A DNA stretch of 63,890 nt, the filler included, from Octopus bimaculoides (lineage: Eukaryota): assembly GCF_001194135.2 (NCBI RefSeq). It is 10 parts of 10 records of this genome, joined end to end, with 100 filler letters (N's around TTAATTAATTAA, not from the genome) between each part and the next. Parts side by side here need not be neighbours in the genome. Positions count along the whole stretch, not along the records: positions 1 to 18,583 come from NC_068983.1; 9 more parts are not named here. The stretch is one strand, 5' to 3'. The position numbers and the translations under genes were made by a program. Shown here in pieces: positions 1 to 10,455 of the stretch (its first letter is position 1; every line of letters starts with the position of its first letter). The notes beneath the pieces were generated by a model. That model ran no database searches, was not told the DNA's origin, and worked only from the letters and a program-made list of their open reading frames with translations.

Positions 1-61
<61 letters not shown>
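1..61. repeat. (TA)n followed by (TG)n microsatellite
   Basis: Direct reading; typical of dozens of TA/CA/TATG/ATCT arrays across the window, many flanking N gaps. Confidence 0.95.
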
Positions 62-63
<2 letters not shown>

Positions 64-589
64 AGGTGTATGTATTTGTGTCTGGGAGTAGTGCTATCTA
101 TGTTTTCAGATAAAACAGTGCTATCTATATTTTTGGAGAATGGATGTGGGTGGTGAGGTCTGTTGTTGTTAGCTGTTTTAGTTGTTAACTCTCCAACACT
201 ACTAAATAAACATAATGAAGCACTAAGCACATGTAATCACCGCTTTTTTCACACATTCAAATTCTACCACAAATCCAAATGCCTAAACAACCATACAGTA
301 CATTTCCACAATACCCCTTAGGTAACCCCAATAACCTTATAAATCTACATTTTAACTCCTAATCCCTATCTAATTCCTCTTTCATACTTGAATATCACAA
401 CCTTTTAGTTATATTTGCATATAAGCATGCGTATGTATATGCGCATGTGCGTGTGTATATATGGGTCTACGTATGTAAATATACATATGAGTACATGTTG
501 TATGTGTAGGTGTTGATATGTATTAATATCTATATACATGTTTAATATATGCATGTATACATCTTCACATATATGCTAAGCACTGACCT

Positions 590-1110
590 GTCCTCTAACC
601 AACCTGACCTATAGTCCCAAATTCTTCATTCCACCATTTTTCTACCCCTACCCCCTCTCTCTGCCTCTCACTTAGGCTCTATCACTACATACCTGATACT
701 CCTTTACTCTTCATACTCTCATACCTTTCTCTCTCTATCACCCATCAACCCCACCATTCCTTCTATCTGTCACTCTTTTACTCTTTACCCTATCATCTTT
801 TTACACCCTCATATCTTTCTCTCTCTATCACCCTCACCTCCTCTTTCCTTCTATCAATTTGAACCTAATGAAGGGTAGATTTTCAGTGCCGGGATCATTC
901 TGATTCCAAAAAGGTATAATATGTCTATGATAGATCGCTAGCCACTACACATTCTTTATTTTCTCTCCTTGTTTCTTTCTGTGTTCCTTTCTGTGGAAGA
1001 GCGTAGGATCGAAACGTTAAAGACTTTTTCTATACCCGAGCATTATACTAATACATCTGTTTGCTGTCTACACCACCTGTCTTCATCTTTTGTTTTTTTG
1101 TGAATTCTCC
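590..1110 (+). mobile_element. Retroelement 3' remnant, possibly Penelope-like, with a degenerate hammerhead-like motif at 993-1022
   Basis: Pyrimidine-rich tract followed by GGAAGAGCGTAGGATCGAAACGTTAAAGA, which resembles the CTGANGA-stem-GAAACGTT motif of Penelope-like element termini but has two core mismatches. No coding signal. Confidence 0.4.
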
Positions 1111-1360
1111 GCATATGTCTATGTACAGCAAATGTGGATTGAGATACATGGATTCTAGTCAGACAGAATTTCATGTTTATTAATATAGATAATATTTATG
1201 TATGAGAGGTATTGGTATCTAGAAGACCCAAAGAGCAGCAGGTAATGCTAAGTAAGTGCTATGGAGCAGACTGTAGTTAAACACTTTGTCCGATAGTGAT
1301 ATGAGTGAGGAGTCTAATGTGGGTCTTGTATTAGCATGCATATATATATATATATATATA

Positions 1361-1533
1361 TTAGACAAAATGAGATAACAAAGCCAAGTCTGTGAGGAGT
1401 TTTCACATCATCTCTGATGAAGGGATATCCATAATATCCCAGAAACAGCAGTAAGACTATATCTGTATCTTTTTCCTTATAAATGTCCTGAAAACTCCTC
1501 ACCGCATTGGCTTTATTGTCTCATTTTGTCTAA
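1361..1533. mobile_element. 173-bp foldback/MITE-like element with ~45-bp imperfect terminal inverted repeats, flanked by TA
   Basis: Left arm TTAGACAAAATGAGATAACAAAGCCAAGTCTGTGAGGAGTTTTCA (1361-1405) matches the reverse complement of 1489-1533 with few mismatches; TA on both sides. Confidence 0.85.
1411..1456 (+). ncRNA. Minimal type I hammerhead ribozyme-like motif
   Basis: TCT-CTGATGA-A-GGGATAT-CCATA-ATATCCC-A-GAAA-C-AGCA-GT-A-AGA: core intact, 7-bp stem II flanked by extra As, 2-bp stem III, GUA triplet, 3-bp stem I. Confidence 0.6.
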
Positions 1534-1559
1534 TATATAATATGTATGAATATACACAC

Positions 1560-1745
1560 ACATATACATGCACACACACTCACACATTAAGCAGGCTTCA
1601 ATGCAGTTTCTGTCCACCAATTTTACTTTCAAGGAATTAGGTAGCCCAAAATAAAACTGGAAGACCCTTACTTATCCTAGGTGCAGCGCAGTAGAACTGA
1701 ACCTAAAACTACATGGTCACAAAGTAAACTCATTTAGTTACACAG
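1560..1745 (-). mobile_element. Decayed tRNA-derived SINE 5' portion
   Basis: Similar to the SINE head at 44562 in reverse orientation (CAGTTTCTGTCCACCAA...GAACTGAACCTAAAACTACATGGT). Confidence 0.6.
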
Positions 1746-2169
1746 CCAAATCATACCATATATGTAAAACAAAATATTTGACCAGACTACCAATATCAGT
1801 CTATCTCAGGTCGACATTTTCAGATGATCTGATATCAATTCTTGACAGTTAAATGAATTGAAGTGAGTAGAATTTACGACACTCTGTATTTGAACTAAAC
1901 ACTCATTTGTTGTTGTGGTTATTGCTTTTGGCTTTGTTCTTTCAGTTAAAAGCACCACAAAGAATCCCTTGACACACTGCTGCTAAATTGACCTTTGTCT
2001 CAGACCCTCAACCATAAATGTTTTATTCTTTGCTTTGGTCTATTCTTACATCATAATTTGGTGTCATTTTAGGAATGGAAAATAAAACCAACTGAAAAAA
2101 AAAAATGGATAAAAATTTGGAATCAAAACTTGAGATGTTAGTTCTACTACATTATTATCTACTCAAACA

Positions 2170-2532
2170 CCTATGCTGGTGCCAGGTAAAAAAACACCTG
2201 TACTAGTGCCACATAAAGAGCACACATGCTGGAATCACATAAAAACCACCTGTGCTGATGCCGCATCATGAAAAGCACCCATACTGGTATCATATAAAAG
2301 CACCCGTGCTAGTGCCACATAAGGGGTACCCATGCTGGTGCCATATAAAAAGCACCTATAGTGGTTTCACATACAATGAACCTTGTACACTCTGTAAAGT
2401 GGTTGGCATTAGGAAGGGTATCCAGCAGTTAAAACCATGCCAAAACAAACAATTGGATCCTGATGCAGCTCTTCAGCTTGCCACCACCTATCAAACCATC
2501 CAACCCATCCCAGCATGGAAAATGGATGATAA

Positions 2533-2565
<33 letters not shown>

Positions 2566-2571
2566 GTGATG
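2170..2571 (+). mobile_element. RTE-type LINE/SINE 3' end: ~8 copies of a 26-27-bp AAAAGCACC..GCTGGTGCCACAT subrepeat, conserved tail and (GAT)n
   Basis: Tail TACACTCTGTAAAGTGGTTGGCATTAGGAAGGGTATCCAGC recurs at ~16190 (+) and ~18310 (-); ends in (GAT)n. Confidence 0.7.
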
Positions 2572-2689
2572 ATGTATACAGAGTGCGGTGAATAAACTGT
2601 CAGTGCCTCTGTGTCAGTGTGTGTGTATGTGTGTATATGTGCACATGCACACAAACAACTATATATGCAGAGGTGATTATGCAAGTTTA

Positions 2690-2900
2690 ATCCTTAAACC
2701 TGACATGTCCGGCCCAAATATTCTACCTGTTTTATTTTCAAACTGACCAGCCTCTCACACCCACCTTATACAATGTCATTCTGAAAACAAACAATCGCAT
2801 CATCAAAATCTTTGATAAGAAGCTATGAGATAATGCATGATTAATCCAAAATAATGTGAATCAATAAACATTGCATTTGACAGAGAATCTGAATGCTAAC
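2690..2900 (-). mobile_element. piggyBac-like MITE copy (partial)
   Basis: Reverse complement resembles 13352-13571. Confidence 0.6.
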
Positions 2901-2992
2901 AGTATGTAGAGGGGAGACATTCTGAATGTGTCTACATTTCTGTATTATGAGTAGCTGTTGACTTTTCTTGTCATAGTAATAGCAGTAGTAGC

Positions 2993-3025
<33 letters not shown>

Positions 3026-3049
3026 GGTGGTGGTGGTGGTGGTGGTGGT

Positions 3050-3180
3050 GTGGAGGTGCATAGGTTAGTAGTTAGGGTGTTGGACTTGTGATCAAAAGAT
3101 TGTGGTTTCAGTTCCTGGATCGAGCGATGCAAAACACTTCATTTCTGGTTGCTCCAGTCCACACAGATGGCAAAAGTGAG
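3050..3180 (+). mobile_element. tRNA-derived SINE head, cut by a gap
   Basis: GGTGCATAGGTTAGTAGTTAGGGTGTTGGAC...GGTTTCAGTTCCTGG (A/B-box-like) then GCTCCAGTCCAC; same family as the reverse copies at 4340-4580 and 56330-56540. Confidence 0.6.
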
Positions 3181-3293
3181 NNNNNNNNNNNNNNNNNNNN
3201 NNNNNNNNNNNNNACCACATCCAGGGCGGAATACATATATGACAGAGAAACCAGTAAACCAGCCCTCTGCTCCTTAGGGAGTAATGCGGACTA

Positions 3294-3327
3294 AGCAGCA
3301 GCAGCAGCAGCAGCAGTAACAGTAGTA

Positions 3328-3379
<52 letters not shown>

Positions 3380-3484
3380 CAGCAGCAGCAGCAGCAACAG
3401 CAGCAACAGCAGCAACAGCGGCGGTGGTGGTGGTGGTAGTAGTAGTAGTAGTGGTGGTGGTGGTGGTGGTGGTGGTAGTAGTTT

Positions 3485-3527
<43 letters not shown>
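3294..3527. repeat. Compound trinucleotide array (GCA/GTA/GGT)n
   Basis: Direct reading; source of the poly-Leu ORF 3092..3415. Confidence 0.95.
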
Positions 3528-3530
<3 letters not shown>

Positions 3531-3789
3531 TCTTTTTTATCACTAAGTTAGAAAGGAAAGGAGTGGTTCTTCATAGGGCCTTTAAAATTTGTGGGAAGGA
3601 GGAAAGGAGCAAAATCTCTTCAAACCAGGAGCTGAGCCCAAGTGCTTCAACTGAATGGACTCTGCTAAAGGCACCTAATGACCAGTTAGTGATGTCAAAC
3701 AGCAGTGGATTTAAAGTCTCTTGCCCTTGTCAGCAGGATCTGAATTCAGAACACAAAGAGCTATAACAAATACCACGTGGTATTGTAGT

Positions 3790-3945
3790 GCTTACTGTTT
3801 GGCCAATCAACTAGTACCTTTTTTTTGTTGACCCTGAAAGGCTGAAAGGCAAAGCTGAATTTGATGGAATTTGATCTCTTGGTGCAGAGAGTCGAACCAA
3901 ACACTGAGTGGCAATTTACTTCATATGCAAAGGGCTCTGCAAATT
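3790..3945 (-). mobile_element. Decayed SINE, second family (GTCGACTTTGCCTTTCATCC core)
   Basis: GACCCTGAAAGGCTGAAAGGCAAAGCTGAATTTGATGGAATTTGATCTC is the reverse complement of the family seen at 52890-53085. Confidence 0.55.
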
Positions 3946-4339
3946 TGCCCCACTAATGAAGCAGATTTTTTTATTCTATCTTTTATTCACACACAGTGAA
4001 TCTAGAACTACATCATCCAATGTGCCCAACCATTTTTTTTTTTAAGGTAGCCGACTACGAATTCAGGGATATTTGGCTGCTGTTTGTAGTAGGTTGAGCA
4101 GCCATGTAGAGATTTCCAAGGTTTCTGATTTGGTTTGTGATTTTGCTTGCCATTGTTGTTGCTCGGTTAGGTCACATACAGATGTACCTGAGCAATCAAT
4201 GGCATGGAGATAAGACATCAAAGGCTGAAGAACAATCTGCTAGTCAAAAACTCATTCAAACATACAGAGTAGATATGGAAGGCTTCACCAGTGCATTCTG
4301 GGTTGAACTGTGGGATCTTAGCCAATATCTTCTATGGTA

Positions 4340-4580
4340 AAAGTTACCTTCTCAAGTCATACAGACTCACAAGAGCTGGTTTCCCAGTTTCATGGTATAT
4401 ATATTCCCCACCTGGATGGGACGCCAGTCCATCGCAGGATTACTCATTTTTGCCAGCTGAGTAGACTGGAGCAATGTGAAATAAAGTGTCTTGCTCAAGG
4501 TCACAACACACAGCTGGGAATCGAACTCATGAGCTAACAATCATGAGCCGAATACCCTAACCACTCAGTCACATGCCTTC
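4340..4580 (-). mobile_element. tRNA-derived SINE
   Basis: GCCAGCTGAGTAGACTGGAGCAATGTGAAATAAAGTGTCTTGCTCAAG...GGAATCGAACTC...CCCTAACCACT, i.e. reverse-complement B box and A box. Confidence 0.7.
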
Positions 4581-5714
4581 ACCAGCAATAAGAACTATAC
4601 ACTGGGTATTGTAGTTGTCGATGTAACTTGAACAGTGGATTGGGGTCAATATAGTTAGAATGCCTTGGATCAGGGATCTGCACAATCAGAATAGACCTCG
4701 ACCTAAACAACCGCAACAACAATTAACAATTAACAACACCTTCATATCAGAGAAATGAAATGACTACAATGGCAAATTGAAACTGGGTCACAGGTTTTGC
4801 TTTGACCAAAAAAGTTTACTTCAAAATGCTGTGTGTGTGTGTGTGTGTAAGGATGGTAGAATATAAATCTAACATTGACTAACACAAAAATACAACAAAA
4901 TACAACAAAAATTACAACACTTGAGAGGTTAAAGAAAAGAAAAATTGCAGAGTAATTTCAAATAAATTTTTGAAAAAAAAAAACAAAAACAGGCAATATA
5001 TAACAAATAACAAATAACTTATATAAAGACAAGAAAGAAGAAAGGAAGAAAGAAAGAATGAAAGGAAGAAAAGGAGAGGATCAGAAAAGAAGAAAGACAA
5101 AGAAGAAAATAAATTTGTTTTAACAAATTTCTTCCAAGTTTAATGAAAGAAGAAAGTAAAAAAAAAAAAATACACACATTAATACACATCAACAAATAAA
5201 ACCTAAGATTAAAAAAAAAAAATACATTCCAAAAAACAAAACATTTAAAAGAAAACTTAAATAAAGCAAATAAATTAATAATTATAAAAAACAAAATTTT
5301 AAATAATTACCTGGTATTGTAAACACACGTAGAAAAGAAAAAAAGTTAACAGCAACAACAACTACAACAACAACAGCCACAAACAAGCAATTATAACAAT
5401 GACAACAACAAACATAGGAGACAACATTGCAATCCAATTAAAAGTAGTAAAAAGATATATAACGAGTGGCGTCAAATTATTTCTTCAGTCAGTGTATTTT
5501 AATGTTCCACAACTGTCATTTTCTATTGCTGTTCTCAAGGAAAGGCTACTCAGTTTATTACAAAAACAAAACAAAAATAAAGATTTTAAAAAAAGGGGGG
5601 GGGGGAATGCTTCACTATAATGTATGTTTACATGCAAATGTGTGTTTGTGTATGTATGCCCATCCACATATAATATATCATACATACACACACATATATG
5701 AATATATACACACA

Positions 5715-5760
<46 letters not shown>

Positions 5761-6052
5761 CATGCACACACACACACATTTTGTGTGTATATATGAGTGT
5801 GTATGTGTACGTATGTATATGATGTATATGTGTGTATATATATATATATGTGTGTGTGTGTGTATGTATATATATATATATACATATATACATATATATA
5901 CATTATATACATACATATACATTATATACATACATATACACATTATATACATACATATACATATATATACATTATATACATATACACATTATATACATAC
6001 ATATACATATATACATTATATACATACATATATATACATATANNNNNNNNNN

Positions 6053-6100
<48 letters not shown>

Positions 6101-6554
6101 GCTGGTGATGGCAGTCAATTTTCCAATCAAACCAAGGCAACCATTTTCACCATTGGTTTTGAAATTGTTGATTTACTCAATGTTGTTAGTCACATCTCCT
6201 GACGGAGTCATCAGCGCTCTACTTTTTTTTTTCTTTGTTTAGCTTTCATTTTTTTAATCTTTTTTTTTTTGTTTTTACTATTATTTTTGTTTTATTGGTG
6301 ACAGTGTGGAATTTGAACTCCGAATGCAGAGAGGTGGAACAAATACTGCAACATTGTAAAAGTTCCACCAGCCTCACTTTCTGGGACCAGCACATGGGGT
6401 TTAAAAAAAAGAAAAACAATAAAATTTTAGTTTGAATAATCTCAACTATTGTCAAAATAGTTTAGCAAAGTTTCAGGAACAGAGCAAAACGTTTCTGTGA
6501 TCTAAGCCTGGAACAAACAGATTAACCAGCGCTTTTAAATTGCTAATCCTGATT

Positions 6555-7485
6555 GACTGATGATGACGATGATGAAGATGATGATGATCATCATCATCAT
6601 AATCATCATAACCTATCCCATCACCACCAGCAACAGCAATGCTATCATCATCATTGCTATTATTGTCATCGACGTCATCATTGTCATCGTCATCATCATT
6701 GCCATCATCATTGTTGTTGTTGTCTTCATCAATACCATCGTCATCGTCATCATTGTCATCATCATCATCATCATCATTGTTGTTGTCTTCATCATTGCCA
6801 TCGTTGTCATCATTGCCATTGTCATCATCATTGTCACTGTCATCATCATTGTCATCATCATCATTGTCATCATCATCATCATCATCATCATTGTTGTTGT
6901 CTTCATCATTGCCATCGTCATCATCATTGCCATTGTCATCATCATTGTCACTGTCATCATCATTGTCATCATCATCATCATCATCTTCATCATCGTCATC
7001 ATCACTGTTGTTGTCTTCATCATTGACATCGTCGTCGTCATCATCATCATTGTCATCGTCATTGTCATCGTCATCATCGTCATCATCATTGTTGTTGTCT
7101 TCATCATTGACATCATCATCATCATCGTTGACATCGTCATCATCATCATCATTGTCATCATCATCATCATCACCATTGTCATCGTCATCATCATTGTTGT
7201 TGTTGTCTTCATCAGTCATCGTCATCACTGTCATCATCATTGCTGTTGCCTTCAACATTGCTATCATCATCGTCATTGTCGTCATCATTGCTATCATCAT
7301 TGTTGTTGTCTTCATCATTGCCATCGTCATCATCATCATCATTGTCAACATTGTCATCATTGTCATCATCCTTGCCCTCACCATCATCATTGCCATTGTC
7401 ATCATTGTTGCTGTCGTCATTGTCCTCATCATTGCCATTATCGTCATCATTATCATCATCATTGTCATCATCATCATCATCATTT
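6555..7485. repeat. Degenerate (ATC)n array with recurring TGTTGTTGTCTTCATCA subunit and ~115-bp internal duplications
   Basis: Direct reading; gives Asp/Asn-, Met-, Ile-, Ser- and His-rich ORFs in five frames. Confidence 0.9.
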
Positions 7486-7689
7486 CATTTTTGCTCGCTT
7501 TCTCCATGCTGGCATAGTTTCAATGAGTCTCCTCCACAAGGCAGTGTTCTACAGCCAGATGACATTCCTGATTTCTGACACCAACCCTTCTTTATTCTTC
7601 AAATAAAGTATTTCATTTCTCATCTTTGCATGCTGAAGACTATTTGTTTATATAGGAGATAAACAAAAACATCATCGACAATCCACAGA

Positions 7690-8200
7690 TAGCTTAGACT
7701 GAAGTAACACAAGCATGTCAAAACATCAATGTCTTAAAGTCCTCCTTACATCACTGAATCATCTGAAAGAAAAAGTTGATGTCTGAAGGCAAAACACTAC
7801 AGTGATTTACATATTCACATTCGGAGTTCAAATCTGCCAGAACCTGTTAAGAACGAATATAGTTGTCATTGTTCTGATTCCCATTTTTTTACATGTTTAT
7901 GAGAATTTATCAACTTAGCAGACATCAGTAGATATCAGCAAATAAATTTGGCTGCTAAATTCTATATACAAGAACAGTTATTCTTGTTTGGCTTTAATGA
8001 TCGCATGGATGGGTAGCTTTTACTGAAGAGATACAATGAATTTGAAACACTGGTCTAACAAAGTCCTCCTACATCACTGAATCTCTTGCATTGTCAGTAC
8101 ACATTGTATGAATGAAGTTGTTCTCCAAAGGTGAACTACAACAGCAATTAGCATTTCTAATTTCAAATCTGCTGGAACATATTACAAATGAACATTCTCT
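7690..8200 (+). repeat. Diverged ~324-bp direct repeat, each copy with a decayed hammerhead-like core
   Basis: AAAGTCCTCC(T)TACATCACTGAATC at 7736 and 8060; CTGAAG cores at 7699 and 8023 (both offsets 324); TTCAAATCTGC..GAAC at ~7827 and ~8162. Confidence 0.65.
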
Positions 8201-8257
8201 TCCATTGTGTATGTGTGTATGTGTGTGTGTATACACACACGTATACATATTTATGAG

Positions 8258-8746
8258 TTCAAATGGAATATGCTTTCTGTGGCTAAAGAGTCTATGACTT
8301 ATTTCTAGCAATGCTGGTGCTCCCTGCACCTTTGGTCACTTTTAGTGACTGTGAATTATTTTCTTTTTGGTTTTAAATGGGTAATAGCCACCTTAATTAT
8401 TTTATAATTTTCACATTACCATTTTGCAGAATCAGTCACCGATTCTGATGGTATGCTCTATAATAGTGACAGGTGAAAATTCAGCTTCACCACTTGCAAT
8501 GGAAAAAGCATTACTGATGAGTATTAATTTCTATACGAAATTAGCATTGTAATCTAACGCACCTCACTTGTGGGGAAGTTGTCTCCCCTGTCAATTCAAA
8601 CAGAACATGTTCTTTCTGTGGCTAAAGAGTCTATGACTTTTATTTCTAGCAATGCTGGTGCTCCCGGCACTCTTGGCGACCGTGAATTATTTCCTTTTTG
8701 GTTTTAAATTGTGTCTAACCACCTTAATTATTTCATTTATATATAT
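8258..8746 (+). repeat. ~338-bp direct-repeat unit (one full copy plus ~145 bp of a second) containing a hammerhead ribozyme
   Basis: CTGTGGCTAAAGAGTCTATGACTT..ATTTCTAGCAATGCTGGTGCTCCC at 8277 and 8616; the second copy ends at the Tc1 insertion at 8748. Confidence 0.85.
8467..8593 (+). ncRNA. Type I hammerhead ribozyme, predicted cleavage after C8554 (AUC triplet)
   Basis: CTGATGA 8514-8520; stem II GTAT/ATAC (8521-24/8533-36) with canonical G10.1-C11.1; GAAA 8537-8540; stem III ATTA/TAAT (8540-43/8550-53); C17 at 8554; stem I GCATTA/TAACGC with one mismatch; distal pairing 8482-8493/8570-8581 and 8467-8473/8587-8593. Confidence 0.8.
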
Positions 8747-8747
8747 A

Positions 8748-9341
8748 CAGGGGCTGGACAAAATAATGGAAACACCTGGCATCATAGCATCATAATTCTG
8801 AAATATTTATAAAACCGTCAAAAGCTTGTTTATTTTTATGTTTTTTGATTTATTAATAGTGTTGCTTAATATGTCTTGCTAAAATTGCTGTTTCTTTTCA
8901 GATATCATTAGAAAAAGGTAATTAAAATTCATTAAAATTCATTAAAATGACAGATCTATCAGACTGTCAAAGAGGTCAAATTGTTGGTGCTCGCATAACA
9001 AAGACAGCCAAAATGTTTGGTGTATCAAGAAGTACTGTCTCAAAAGTAATGACAGCCTTTGAGAAAGAGAGAAAAACCTCCTCATTGAAAGAAAACCAAA
9101 ACTTTCAGATAGGGACCGTCAGACTTTTATACGAATTGTTAGAAAGGATCACAAAAGTACAGCTCCCAAAATTACTGCTGAGCGTAATGACCACCTTGAG
9201 AACCCAGTTTCCACAAAGATTGTTCACCAGAAGCTGTACAAAGCCTGATTTCACAGGAGGACTGCAAGTAGAAAATCACTACTTTCAAAAACAAACGTTG
9301 CAAAGCATCTAGAGTGGAGTAAAAACCTACAAAATTGGTCC
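8748..9341 (+). mobile_element. Tc1-family DNA transposon 5' fragment (left TIR and decayed N-terminal transposase)
   Basis: TA|CAGGGCTGGACAAAATAATGGAAACACC terminus; ORF from 8947 MTDLSDCQRGQIVGAR..TKTAKMFGVSRSTVSKVM, then after a frameshift KPKLSDRDRQTFIRIVRKDHKSTAPKIT...LLSKTNVAKHLEWSK (paired-like HTH); one stop; DDE domain absent. Confidence 0.85.
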
Positions 9342-9689
9342 CTTTCAGTTTCCATCTACAAAATCCACTGACAAAGCTTTAGTTAGCCCAAGGCCATGCA
9401 AGCTTCTTACCACACAACCATAAGAATTTAGAACTTCAAGAGACATGAAATAACTTGTCTTTTTTAATTGCAGAACTTGAAGTGGATAAAGCTATAGACA
9501 ATAGTATGTAATTATTGGGTTAAAAACCATTTGGACAGAAAAAGTCAAAGTGCAAAAGAGAGAGACAGACAGTCAGATAATTCTATGTATGTAACTGAAG
9601 AAGTATTAAATTTAAATAGCCCTCTATGAATCATACTTAATGTATATACACTGTTAACAAATTACTGCAGTTTGTGTCCGAGAGATATT

Positions 9690-10100
9690 GGAGTATGTTT
9701 AAGGGAAATTTGTTAGCTATTTCTAGTACGAACTTGTTTATCATCCGGTTTTTACAGTTATTGTTGTATAGACATAACTCAGGTCTGACTGAAGAGACTT
9801 ATGATCAAAGGCAGTCCGGTTATGACCTTCACAACAGGAAAACTCGGGACCACATCATATATGCTCTTTTTTAAGATAATGGAGTATGTTTAAGAGCAAT
9901 TTGGCAGCTATTTCTAGTATCAGCTTGCTTAGCATTAGGTTGTTGTTATTGCTGTTGTATAGACACAACTTAGGTCTGACTGAAGAGACATGATCAAAGG
10001 GGGTCTAACCATGACCATCCAGTATCTTTTTTAAGATGGAAGAGTGTGATTTGAGTGATAATGGAGTTTTATTTCTAGCAGGTTAATTAGAAATATATAG
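9690..10100. repeat. Diverged ~190-bp tandem duplication of a dispersed repeat
   Basis: GGAGTATGTTTAAG...GCTATTTCTAGTA...TATAGACA(T/C)AACT(C/T)AGGTCTGACTGAAGAGAC at ~9690 and ~9880, partial third copy at ~10060. Confidence 0.7.
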
Positions 10101-10455
10101 GCTTCCCAGGTGGCCCAACTGTTTAGAATCAAGAATATATGTAGGTGTTGGTGGTGGTGGTGCTTCTGTTGTGGTGCTGGTGCTACTGCTGCTGCTGTTG
10201 GTGGTGGGGACATTGTGGTATTGGTAGTGGTAGTGGTGGTGATGTTAGTGATGAAATTTGTTGTAGTGGTACTTATTGGTGACGGTGATGTTTAGCCCCA
10301 GGTCAAGTCAGACAGAGCAGGCAGACTGTGATTAACTGATTGATTGAGGGTACAACTGGAGTGATTTGTAACTATCCAGTTGTGACTATCCCACCCGTCT
10401 TTGTTCCACACACACCCACCACCATCACAGAGATCTTAAGATCTCACTATCAAAT

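Noticed and set aside
4860-5620. A-rich tract with several 60-120-aa Phe/Leu/Ile-rich ORFs, like membrane proteins
   Set aside because: Low-complexity poly-A/T sequence; the hydrophobicity follows from base composition.
6473-7507. 344-aa Met-rich then Asp/Asn-rich ORF resembling acidic biomineralisation proteins
   Set aside because: It is a degenerate (ATC)n array that is open in five frames by construction; there is no signal peptide, splice signal or unique domain, and the composition switch is a repeat phase slip.
7621-7680. CTGAAGA-CTAT(8 nt)ATAG-GAGA hammerhead-like motif
   Set aside because: GAGA replaces GAAA, the closing pair is C-G instead of G-C, and stems I and III do not form; chance or too decayed to support.
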